Below, piece after piece: positions 23,590 to 32,096 of a DNA stretch of 33,934 nucleotides. The stretch spans positions 1-33,934 of the forward strand of contig CAYGXX010000002.1 in NCBI GenBank assembly GCA_964354145.1, read 5' to 3'. This stretch comes from an uncultured Candidatus Saccharibacteria bacterium (GTDB lineage Bacteria; Patescibacteriota; Kazan-3B-28; UBA10110). Numbering within the stretch: position 1 is the stretch's first letter; each line of letters begins with the position of its first letter. A program made the position numbers and the translations under genes. The notes beneath the pieces were generated by a model. It was not told the origin of the DNA, did not search any database, and worked only from the letters and a program-made list of their open reading frames with translations.

Positions 23590-26500
23590 ATGTCATTATC
23601 TAAAAATTAAACACCCGCCCTATCTACTCAAGCCTTACAAACTAACTCGGTTTCAATGGTTAGTTTGGTTGGTTGGTATCAGTCTGATCTTCAATATCTT
23701 CGCTCTTATCCCTCTATCTTATGCCGCCACTACCGACGCCATGATCGTCTATGATGATCGGACTGTCGGCAACTCCACCCCCAAATACAAGCAGTGGAAC
23801 GGATCTTCTTGGGGCAGTGCGAGTTCCGCCACTGTGGTGACCGGAGATATCTTGTATATGGAATTAAAGTTCTCACCCGTTGCCGACAAAGCATTATTAC
23901 TAGTTCAGGGCAGCTCGGGAGTATTGTCTGCTCAAACGTGGACCGGAGGTGCCACTAACAGCTGGGGCTCGGTCACTACAATTGGAACATTAGGGCAAGG
24001 CACTCTGGAAGACGCCGGGACTAGTGATGCTGACTACTACCGGTCTTGGGATTTTGAATTTGAACAAACCTCCGGAGATGCCGTAGTGGTCTACAATGAC
24101 GGCACCGCCGATCCGGACTATAAGGTCTGGAGCAACTCTTCCGGTAACTGGGACGGTTCGGGTACTAACATTAACGTCCTGACCGCTGGTTCCCCTAACT
24201 GGATTGAGTTGGCTTCTCACCCAGGCAGTGATCGGCTCGCCATGATCTTGGTGGATAGTGCCGTGGACATCTACGGGATGAGGTGGGATGGTAGCGCCTG
24301 GGATGACATGAACTCTGGCGGAGACGAAGCGGTCTGGGATGCTAGTGCCGCCATCGCTACTCGCAAGTGCATGGATGTGGCCTTTGAGACCACAACCGGT
24401 GACATTATTTTTATTTGGGGAGACACCACTGCCACCGACCAGTATTACCGCGAATATTCCGAAAGCGGAGTAACCTTAGGAGCCGCTACCTTGTTGGATA
24501 TCTCCACTGCCAATACTACTAACTGGGTCCGTCTGGCTGCCGATCCAACCGCCTCCTCTGACCAGATCCTGTTAGGCGTGCAGGACGGATCACTCGACTT
24601 GAACACCCGAGAGTGGAGCGGGACGGGATGGGATGCCGCGCACTCTGAACATGACAGCGCAGTGGAAAACATCAGAAGCATGAACTTCGACATCATCTGG
24701 GAGACTCATTCCAGTAATCCCGGTGAGGCCTGGCTAGTCTACGGGGATGATGCCGGGACATCTTCTCGCCATTGGACCGGTTCGGCCTGGGACAGTATCG
24801 TCGCTCTGACCAGTGATGATGATGCTGCGGTAGTTCGGTTGGCAGCCAACCCTTATGATGGTGCTCTGTTAGCAGCCGTCTATGAAGATAATTCTTCTAA
24901 TTCCGATAATTTAGAAGAATCTCACATCACCGGCGGAGGCAGTGCTTGGTCTGCTCAGGGCGAGATTTGGACTGGACCGGTATATAGCAACACCGCCACG
25001 GAGTTTGGAGGGTCGGGCTTTCGCACAGCCATCGCCGCGGAGATGTATGGTTCTTCTACCGACGCCATGATCGTCTATGATGATCGGACTGTCGGCAACT
25101 CCACCCCCAAATACAAGCAGTGGAACGGATCTTCTTGGGGCAGTGCGAGTTCCGCCACTGTGGTGACCGGAGATATCTTGTATATGGAATTAAAGTTCTC
25201 ACCCGTTGCCGACAAAGCATTATTACTAGTTCAGGGCAGCTCGGGAGTATTGTCTGCTCAAACGTGGACCGGAGGTGCCACTAACAGCTGGGGCTCGGTC
25301 ACTACAATTGGAACATTAGGGCAAGGCACTCTGGAAGACGCCGGGACTAGTGATGCTGACTACTACCGGTCTTGGGATTTTGAATTTGAACAAACCTCCG
25401 GAGATGCCGTAGTGGTCTACAATGACGGCACCGCCGATCCGGACTATAAGGTCTGGAGCAACTCTTCCGGTAACTGGGACGGTTCGGGTACTAACATTAA
25501 CGTCCTGACCGCTGGTTCCCCTAACTGGATTGAGTTGGCTTCTCACCCAGGCAGTGATCGGCTCGCCATGATCTTGGTGGATAGTGCCGTGGACATCTAC
25601 GGGATGAGGTGGGATGGTAGCGCCTGGGATGACATGAACTCTGGCGGAGACGAAGCGGTCTGGGATGCTAGTGCCGCCATCGCTACTCGCAAGTGCATGG
25701 ATGTGGCCTTTGAGACCACAACCGGTGACATTATTTTTATTTGGTCTGATACTACCTCAACCGACCAGTATTACCGCGAGTACTCCCAAAGTGGCGTAAC
25801 CTTAGGGGCTGCTACCTTATTGGATGTTTCAGTGGCAGGAGGCATAGGCCACTGGTTAAGGTTGGCCGCCGATCCCACCGCCTCCTCCGATCAAATCCTA
25901 TTTGGGATGCAAGACGCCGGACTCGACTTGAACACCCGAGAGTGGAGCGGAACGGGATGGGATTCCGAGCACGCTGAACATGACGCAGGACTTGAGGTCT
26001 TAAAATGTATGAACTTCGACATCATCTGGGAAACTTATTCTGGCAACCCCAACGAGGCCTGGCTAGTCTATGGGGATGATGCCGGGACATCCTCCCGCCA
26101 TTGGACTGGTTCGGCCTGGGACGGTATCGTCGCTCTGACCAGTGATGATGACACTAGCCTAGTGCGATTGGCGGCCCTCCCCGACAGTGGGGATTTACTC
26201 GCTGCCTCGTATGAAAGCAATGCTGCCGCTACCGATAATTTAGAAGAATCTCACATCACTGGCGGAGGCAGTGCTTGGTCTGCTCAGGGCGAGATTTGGA
26301 CTGGGCCGGTTGAAAGTAGTACTGCCACGGAGATGGCCGGACCGGGATTTAAAGTAGCGATAGCCGGGGAGATAGCAGAAGGCGCAACATTAGGGATCAC
26401 CGCTCCGGCTGATGTTACTCTAACTACGGGCAATCCAGGCGACATTAAAGAAACTACTTGGAGCGCAGGTGAGAAGGTAGTGGTAACTGACGGCGGGTCA

Positions 26501-26818
26501 GGTTGGAGCTTGACGGTAATTATGCAGACCACTTTGACCGCGGAAGGGTCATATACCATCCCTGATGCGAATATAAAAATTCGCAAAGATGGCACAGTAG
26601 GCGGAGGGGGCGATGCTTATACGATCTGGTCAGGAACTTATACTAACATTACCGAGACCAACGCCACCGAATCATTAGATACATCGCGCACAGTAGGAGT
26701 ACGAAGCAGCGGTACGGGCGGTGATACATCGGAAGTGCGCCCAACCATTCAAGTGGTAATTCCGGTTGGGCAACATCCAGCCGATTACACTGGAGCTATG
26801 AGATTCACCGTGGCCTAA
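23576..26818 (+). CDS. ~1080-aa secreted surface protein: two tandem 442-aa W-x-G-x-x-W repeat modules plus C-terminal WxL-like domain (locus B giant)
   Basis: The ATG at 23576 (MMKNK) is preferred to the TTG at 23552 and overlaps the upstream stop by 14 nt. Signal/anchor WLVWLVGISLIFNIFALIPLSYA. The tail has LGITAPADVTL..VVVTDGGSGWSLTVIM..PADYTGAMRFTVA-stop. Confidence 0.85.
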   Translation: MMKNKCHYLKIKHPPYLLKPYKLTRFQWLVWLVGISLIFNIFALIPLSYAATTDAMIVYDDRTVGNSTPKYKQWNGSSWGSASSATVVTGDILYMELKFSPVADKALLLVQGSSGVLSAQTWTGGATNSWGSVTTIGTLGQGTLEDAGTSDADYYRSWDFEFEQTSGDAVVVYNDGTADPDYKVWSNSSGNWDGSGTNINVLTAGSPNWIELASHPGSDRLAMILVDSAVDIYGMRWDGSAWDDMNSGGDEAVWDASAAIATRKCMDVAFETTTGDIIFIWGDTTATDQYYREYSESGVTLGAATLLDISTANTTNWVRLAADPTASSDQILLGVQDGSLDLNTREWSGTGWDAAHSEHDSAVENIRSMNFDIIWETHSSNPGEAWLVYGDDAGTSSRHWTGSAWDSIVALTSDDDAAVVRLAANPYDGALLAAVYEDNSSNSDNLEESHITGGGSAWSAQGEIWTGPVYSNTATEFGGSGFRTAIAAEMYGSSTDAMIVYDDRTVGNSTPKYKQWNGSSWGSASSATVVTGDILYMELKFSPVADKALLLVQGSSGVLSAQTWTGGATNSWGSVTTIGTLGQGTLEDAGTSDADYYRSWDFEFEQTSGDAVVVYNDGTADPDYKVWSNSSGNWDGSGTNINVLTAGSPNWIELASHPGSDRLAMILVDSAVDIYGMRWDGSAWDDMNSGGDEAVWDASAAIATRKCMDVAFETTTGDIIFIWSDTTSTDQYYREYSQSGVTLGAATLLDVSVAGGIGHWLRLAADPTASSDQILFGMQDAGLDLNTREWSGTGWDSEHAEHDAGLEVLKCMNFDIIWETYSGNPNEAWLVYGDDAGTSSRHWTGSAWDGIVALTSDDDTSLVRLAALPDSGDLLAASYESNAAATDNLEESHITGGGSAWSAQGEIWTGPVESSTATEMAGPGFKVAIAGEIAEGATLGITAPADVTLTTGNPGDIKETTWSAGEKVVVTDGGSGWSLTVIMQTTLTAEGSYTIPDANIKIRKDGTVGGGGDAYTIWSGTYTNITETNATESLDTSRTVGVRSSGTGGDTSEVRPTIQVVIPVGQHPADYTGAMRFTVA
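23730..26382 (+). repeat. intragenic tandem duplication, 2 x 1326 nt
   Basis: 23730-24418 is identical by eye to 25056-25744 (689 nt). The remainder of each unit is clearly diverged, apart from a near-identical ~75-nt patch (24905-24980 versus 26231-26306). The identical antisense ORFs at 23990-24220 and 25316-25546 in the track confirm the 1326-nt period. Confidence 0.95.
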
Positions 26819-26840
26819 AAGATTCACTTCTTCACTCCTT

Positions 26841-26868
26841 GTCATCCCTCGACTGCGGTCGGGATGAC
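26841..26868. repeat. GTCAT..ATGAC-bounded palindromic element
   Basis: gtcatccctcgactgcggtcgggatgac, immediately after the giant gene stop. Confidence 0.7.
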
Positions 26869-26936
26869 AGGAAGAGAATGGTCGGGATAGGGAGACAGAG
26901 ACAAAAATCCAAGGGCTGGATTAAGAAATCCTTCTA

Positions 26937-26965
26937 TTGACGAAGTAGACATTTTATGATATAAT
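26937..26965 (+). promoter_or_regulatory. sigma70-type promoter for the 480-aa gene
   Basis: TTGACG, a 17-nt spacer, then TATAAT (ttgacgaagtagacattttatgatataat), 27 nt upstream of the ATG at 26992. Confidence 0.6.
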
Positions 26966-26991
26966 GAAAAGAATATCTCTTTATTATAACT

Positions 26992-28434
26992 ATGCTAAAA
27001 CAAATACAAAAAACAATCCTAACAGTTTTGAAAGAGGAGTTAATTACATTCCTGGCTCTTCTGATAGCGGCTACCGGAATATTTTTTGCCAAAGCCGAAT
27101 CTGATATTTCTTTCCATCTGACTGTCTACCCCGCTGGTGGATCCATCACAGTAACTGCCCCGAACGGAGGGGAAACCTGGACAGTTAATACAAGCGCGGC
27201 TATCACGTGGACTACACTGGGTCCTATTGATTATGTAAAAATCGAACTACAGAGAACATCTGGAGGTAGCTGGGAAACTATCACCGAATCCACCACCAAT
27301 GACGGGAGTTATTCTTGGCCAGTAACTGCACCTACTACTATCCAAGCTTTGATTAGGATCTCTAAAGTAGGCGATGACACTTTTAATGATACAAGTAATG
27401 CTGTTCTCACCATCCAAAGCAGCGGGGGCGGGGGTGGTGGAGGTGGCTACTCTTATATTCCTACTCAACCAATTCTCCCTAAGGAAACACCAGCAAAAAA
27501 AACCATAGACCTAAAATCGGCTCTTACCATAGTGGATTATTCGCCCAAAATTATTGTCCATGATCGGCCCAATAAACTGTTTGTTTATGCGAAGAAAAAG
27601 GTAGATTTACCAGAAGATTTACTAAAAGATGTGGTGGTGGAGTTAGCAGCTCCGTCAGCGGTCTACGTCGCTACTGTTGCCCGCATAGCTCCAGCCCCTA
27701 ACGATCCCACGCTAATCATCTTAGAATATTTAATTCCGTCTTTTACTCCACCTAAAGGCTTGATAGATCTGAAAGTTGTAGTTCAATCGGAAAAAATAAT
27801 ACTAGCTGATAATTTCAAGATTTTTGTGATCGATGCGTTGCCTCCACAAGAATTAAAAGTTAAAGTACCTGTACTAGATACCCGTACGATAGAAATACTT
27901 TCCCAAGCAGAGAGCAAGATTAGCCTAAGATTTACTAACACCGGGAATCTGGACTGGGATAACCTCTTGCAACCGATCCACATTGGGACCAGCCGACCGC
28001 GCGACCGTAAATCCAAATTCATCCACTTCAGTTGGCCTTACTCTAATCGGGCGGTTCGGGTAGTGTTGCCCGGCATAATCAAACCGGGAGAAAGTTTTGA
28101 TACCGAATTCACAGTCCAAGCTCCGATGGTAAAACGTCCTACCAGATTCACTGAATATTTTGCACTGGTAGCTGACGGTTTGGCTTGGGTGGAAGATTCA
28201 GAATTTAAAGTCAATATTCTAGTTAAACCTTCGCCTCAATCAAAATCTACCACTGTGACAAAGCCTGTTCCGAAACCCTCTACTGGCGGGATAACTCAAC
28301 CTCAAGAGTCAAAGACCCCATCACCCTACCAACAAACTAAAACCCCGCCTTCCGCTATAACAAAAATTGCAGGACAGTTAGTCGGGCTGTTAAATAATCT
28401 CTTCCAGAAAATAAAACCATTCTTCAAGTTCTAA
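26992..28434 (+). CDS. secreted/anchored protein with N-terminal Ig-like module, poly-Gly hinge and C-terminal Ig-like module
   Basis: 480 aa. N-terminal TM/signal LITFLALLIAATGIFFA. ITVTAPNGGETWTVNTSAAITWTT..IELQRTSGGSWETI..NDGSYSWPV follows a Kre9/KNH-like Ig pattern. GGGGGGGG run. NTGNLDWDN..PGESFDTEFTVQAP is an NBR1-FW-like pattern (tentative). P/T/S/Q-rich stalk near the C-terminus. Confidence 0.7.
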   Translation: MLKQIQKTILTVLKEELITFLALLIAATGIFFAKAESDISFHLTVYPAGGSITVTAPNGGETWTVNTSAAITWTTLGPIDYVKIELQRTSGGSWETITESTTNDGSYSWPVTAPTTIQALIRISKVGDDTFNDTSNAVLTIQSSGGGGGGGGYSYIPTQPILPKETPAKKTIDLKSALTIVDYSPKIIVHDRPNKLFVYAKKKVDLPEDLLKDVVVELAAPSAVYVATVARIAPAPNDPTLIILEYLIPSFTPPKGLIDLKVVVQSEKIILADNFKIFVIDALPPQELKVKVPVLDTRTIEILSQAESKISLRFTNTGNLDWDNLLQPIHIGTSRPRDRKSKFIHFSWPYSNRAVRVVLPGIIKPGESFDTEFTVQAPMVKRPTRFTEYFALVADGLAWVEDSEFKVNILVKPSPQSKSTTVTKPVPKPSTGGITQPQESKTPSPYQQTKTPPSAITKIAGQLVGLLNNLFQKIKPFFKF

Positions 28435-28549
28435 CCAAATAATATACTGAAATAACCCGCCAGCCGATCAGAGGCGGACGGAATGGCGAGAAAATAAATA
28501 ATGGACGCCCCACGGGGGGTTTTGGTGAGAATTATTATACAATGGGTTC

Positions 28550-29617
28550 ATGCAAGTACAAGACAAAATCTATATCGGCATAGGAGGGTTATTTATTTTA
28601 TATGCGCTGGCCAACTATACCTATGGCCAACCACCCACAACCACTAATAATGAATCAGCAGAAGTTTCGCTGAAACCCGTAAAAATTATCGCGGTTGGAG
28701 ATATTAATTTGGGGCGTCAAACCGGGCAAAAGATTTTAGCTGGAGAAATCAACTATCCTTTCGCCAATATTTCCGATTATTTAAAATCAGCTGATATTAC
28801 TTTTGGCAATTTGGAAAGCCAATTAGCCGACCTCGGGGGCGAAACCCAATCCCCGACCAACGAGTATAGGTTTGCGGGGCCTCCCACCGGGGCGGATAGC
28901 TTGGCTGCTGCTGGTTTTGATATCATATCCCTTGCAAACAATCATATGTGGGATTATGGCAAGGATCATTTATTGGAAACAATTGATAATTTGGAAAGAT
29001 TAGGAATCAAGTATACTGGTGCCAGCAAAACTACCGAAAATTTATATCAGCCAGTGGTTATGGAAATAAACGGCCAAAAGATTGCCTGGTTCGCTGTGAC
29101 CGCTATTCTAAATGGTTACGAAAATGCGGGGGCCAAAGATTATGTGGCTTGGGCTGATGATGATCGTTTGATTGCTGCCATCCAACAATTAAGAAATCCT
29201 CCTCCAGAATCATCTATAGGAGTAAACTGGATAATCGTTTCGATGCACCGCGGCGTAGAGTATGCCGCCACACCTTCAACGCCCCAGATAAAATTCGCCC
29301 ATAAAGTAATTGATGCCGGAGCCAATGTTGTGATCGGACATCATCCCCATGTACCAGAGGGCATTGAAAGTTATAACAATGGCATAATTTTTTACTCGCT
29401 CGGTAATTTTGCTTTTTGGCAGCCCTTTGACTATTGGACCCAGCATAGTTTTGTCGTGGAACTCACGTTGCATCCGGATGGTAAATTCGATCACCTGATA
29501 GTCCCCATCAATGCTGGCTGGCAGCCGGAGCTAAGCAATGAAACCGACCAAACTAAAATTAAAGAATATCTCCTCAAATTGTCGGATAAACTAAATGGCA
29601 CTAGCGAAAATCAATAG
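28550..29617 (+). CDS. CapA/PGA_cap family metallophosphatase-like protein
   Basis: 355 aa with an N-terminal TM. Motifs VGDINLGR, FGNLES, LANNHMWDYG, SMHRGVEY and GHHPHV are typical of CapA-type poly-gamma-glutamate capsule synthesis proteins. Confidence 0.8.
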   Translation: MQVQDKIYIGIGGLFILYALANYTYGQPPTTTNNESAEVSLKPVKIIAVGDINLGRQTGQKILAGEINYPFANISDYLKSADITFGNLESQLADLGGETQSPTNEYRFAGPPTGADSLAAAGFDIISLANNHMWDYGKDHLLETIDNLERLGIKYTGASKTTENLYQPVVMEINGQKIAWFAVTAILNGYENAGAKDYVAWADDDRLIAAIQQLRNPPPESSIGVNWIIVSMHRGVEYAATPSTPQIKFAHKVIDAGANVVIGHHPHVPEGIESYNNGIIFYSLGNFAFWQPFDYWTQHSFVVELTLHPDGKFDHLIVPINAGWQPELSNETDQTKIKEYLLKLSDKLNGTSENQ

Positions 29618-31118
29618 CGCAGCAATTGTTGGACTAGATGCCACATTGGTTGACGTAGAAGTGGATATTAGCCAGGGTCTGCCGGGGTTTTTGATTGTCG
29701 GACTACCCGATAAAGCAGTGGAAGAAGCCAAAGAGCGCGTAAAATCCGCTATCCGGAATAGCAATGTGCAGTTTCCTAATAAGAAGATTACGGTTAATTT
29801 AGCGCCGGCTGATTTGCGCAAAGAAGGACCGGCGTATGATCTACCGATCGCGGTAGGGATTATGTTAGCCTCCGAACAAATCTATAAACCAGACAGCGCG
29901 GTATTTTTTGGCGAATTAGCCCTGGATGGAAACATCCGCCCAATTAATGGAGCCATTTTATTTGCCTCTATGGCTAAAGATTTGCATATAAAAAATATTT
30001 ACCTGCCAGCTGAAAATGCCTTGGAGGCTTCTTTAATAGATGAAATAGAAATTATTCCGGTTAAGAATTTGAAACAACTAGTCGCCCACCTGCGCAAAGA
30101 AATTAATATTTCTCCTCATCCACAAACTACTGTGGATCCATCACTGCTGGAGCAGAGTTTCGCGACCGACATGAAGGATATTTCCGGGCAAGAACAGGCT
30201 AAAAGAGCTTTAGAGATTGCGGCAGCTGGTCGGCACAATATTCTAATGTCCGGCCCGCCAGGATCGGGCAAAACTATGCTGGCGAAAGCCCTGACTACTA
30301 TTCTCCCGCCCCTGACTGTCCCGGAGATGCTGGATGTCACCAAAATCTATAGTGTGACTGGCTATTTGGCCAATAATAATTCCCTGATATTACAGCGACC
30401 TTTCCGCAGTCCTCACCACACCGCTTCCGCGGTCGCCATCACCGGCGGAGGCAATTGGCCTAAGCCTGGGGAAATCTCTCTGGCCCACAAAGGGGTATTG
30501 TTTTTGGATGAATTACCAGAGTTTACTCGCCAAGTTTTGGATGTGTTGCGCCAACCAATGGAAGACAAAGTTGTGCACGTTTCCCGCGCGGCGATGAGCA
30601 CCTCTTTCCCTGCCAACTTTATGTTAGTCGCCGCTCAAAATCCCTGCCCCTGCGGTTATTTCGGTGATCCTCAAAAATCCTGCACTTGTAGCGCCGGCCA
30701 GATTCATAATTATCAAAAGAAGATTTCCGGGCCGATGTTAGACCGAATTGATTTGCATATCCAAGTCCCCCGCTTAAGTTATGACAAACTCACAACCAAC
30801 CCTAATGCCGAAAGCTCGTTAGTTATTCGGGGTCGAATAATTCTGGCCCAAAAAATCCAATATGATAGATTCGCTGATTCTGCAACCTCCAATAATTCTG
30901 AGATGAATACCGAGGAGTTAAAACAATTCTGTATATTGGATGAAACCGGTCATGAACTCCTCCGCCATGCGGTAGATAAAATGAATTTATCCGGCCGGGC
31001 TTATAGCCGCACCCTCAAAGTTTCCCGCACAATTGCCGATTTAGAGAATGAAGGGAACATAAAACCCCAGCATATCGCCGAGGCTCTAAGTTACCGCTTA
31101 ACCGACAATGAATTTTAG
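29595..31118 (+). CDS. comM: YifB/ComM family Mg-chelatase-like AAA+ ATPase
   Basis: 507 aa. N-terminal LDATLVDVEVDISQGLPGFLIVGLPDKAVEEAKERV, Walker A GPPGSGKTM, Walker B VLFLDELPEF, and Cys cluster CPCGYFGDPQKSCTCS. Confidence 0.92.
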   Translation: MALAKINSAAIVGLDATLVDVEVDISQGLPGFLIVGLPDKAVEEAKERVKSAIRNSNVQFPNKKITVNLAPADLRKEGPAYDLPIAVGIMLASEQIYKPDSAVFFGELALDGNIRPINGAILFASMAKDLHIKNIYLPAENALEASLIDEIEIIPVKNLKQLVAHLRKEINISPHPQTTVDPSLLEQSFATDMKDISGQEQAKRALEIAAAGRHNILMSGPPGSGKTMLAKALTTILPPLTVPEMLDVTKIYSVTGYLANNNSLILQRPFRSPHHTASAVAITGGGNWPKPGEISLAHKGVLFLDELPEFTRQVLDVLRQPMEDKVVHVSRAAMSTSFPANFMLVAAQNPCPCGYFGDPQKSCTCSAGQIHNYQKKISGPMLDRIDLHIQVPRLSYDKLTTNPNAESSLVIRGRIILAQKIQYDRFADSATSNNSEMNTEELKQFCILDETGHELLRHAVDKMNLSGRAYSRTLKVSRTIADLENEGNIKPQHIAEALSYRLTDNEF

Positions 31119-31414
31119 ATGAATTTGGCAATGGCTTGATGAAGCCAAGTGCCAACGGCAGTATTATCGACTAGATAATTGAGGGCGAACAGAGCCACCA
31201 GCATAATTACGGCTACAATTAACAAAGTAATGAGGTCGTGCCGGATAATGGCATGTTTTTGGGCATGAGCCGCCGCTAATGTACCTATTTGAACATCCCC
31301 GGCCATCTCTTGGGCGGTAGGAGTTTGGAGCACCCCAATCGGTTGGCTAGTTTGCTGGTACAGACTACTTAACCTTTGTAACTCTTTAGCTGCTTTTTTG
31401 AATTTCTTCGCCAT
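31115..31414 (-). CDS. hypothetical small membrane protein (C-terminal TM)
   Basis: 99-aa ORF with one hydrophobic segment LITLLIVAVIMLVALFAL. No recognisable family. Overlaps the convergent comM stop by 4 nt. Confidence 0.45.
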   Translation of the reverse strand: MAKKFKKAAKELQRLSSLYQQTSQPIGVLQTPTAQEMAGDVQIGTLAAAHAQKHAIIRHDLITLLIVAVIMLVALFALNYLVDNTAVGTWLHQAIAKFI

Positions 31415-31450
31415 AGGACTACATATTAATTAGTAAATATATTGTATCAT

Positions 31451-31480
31451 AAACAAAAGAAAAGCCCCTTAAAGGGGCTC
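31451..31480 (-). terminator. rho-independent terminator overlapping the stop codon of the 136-aa gene
   Basis: On the minus strand: agcccct-tta-aggggct hairpin followed by tttcttttgttt. Confidence 0.6.
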
Positions 31481-31879
31481 AGGAGGTTGGCCTCCAACCA
31501 AACCTTGTTCGAACAGATCCCTGAGAGGAAAGTTGTACTTGAGCGCAAGACGCCTATATACAACTAACCAATTAGGATCAAATTCATTGAGGTGCACTCT
31601 GATCAGCTTTCCAAGCTTTTGTGCATGGCACAGTTCTTGCAAGGTACCATCAGAAATACCAAATAACCAGAACTCATCGCAGATTCCAACAGCCCGAAGA
31701 CAAAATTCCATTGATTTGTCTCTTCCAATAGGACCATCTTCAAACCTGTCTAGTTCAAATGCTTGGAAAGGGTGAAAAGGACCGTGCCCTCTAAATGTCA
31801 CAAAATCCATGATCTCCTTCGTTTTACTTGCTAATCGTGCCGGCGTGGCGCAATAGACTAGCAGTTTCTTCTTAGGCAT
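31469..31879 (-). CDS. hypothetical protein, possibly nucleoside 2-deoxyribosyltransferase-like/DUF4406-like fold
   Basis: 136-aa ORF. LLVYCATPA near the N-terminus and DEFWLFGISDGTLQELCHAQKLGKLI resemble that fold family. This is a weak, memory-based resemblance only. Confidence 0.5.
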   Translation of the reverse strand: MPKKKLLVYCATPARLASKTKEIMDFVTFRGHGPFHPFQAFELDRFEDGPIGRDKSMEFCLRAVGICDEFWLFGISDGTLQELCHAQKLGKLIRVHLNEFDPNWLVVYRRLALKYNFPLRDLFEQGLVGGQPPEPL

Positions 31880-31920
31880 ATTGGTTAACCTCTCAAAGGA
31901 CTTGTTGATAAATTATTGTA

Positions 31921-31948
31921 CCACAAAAGAAAACTCCCCTATGGGAGC
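31921..31948 (-). terminator. rho-independent terminator after 5S rRNA
   Basis: On the minus strand: ctccc-atag-gggag hairpin followed by ttttcttttgtgg. Confidence 0.6.
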
Positions 31949-31966
31949 TATCTTTTAACCAATTCA

Positions 31967-32088
31967 CTGTCCTGGCACCGACCTACTTTTGCGACCCCGA
32001 AGGGTAACTATCATCGGCGCTGAGATGCTTAACGGCCGTGTTCGGGATGGGAACGGGTGTTGCCACCTCGCTTCGGGCACCAGGACAG
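31967..32088 (-). rRNA. rrf: 5S ribosomal RNA
   Basis: The reverse complement contains cccgttcccatcccgaacacggccgttaag and has terminal helix pairing (ctgtcctggtgcc...ggtgccaggacag). The ends are approximate to within a few nt. Confidence 0.9.
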
Positions 32089-32096
32089 TAAACTCG

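Noticed and set aside
23990-25546. Two identical 76-aa minus-strand ORFs (23990-24220 and 25316-25546)
   Set aside because: They are antisense shadows of the perfectly duplicated 689-nt block in the giant gene. Their identity just reports the 1326-nt repeat.
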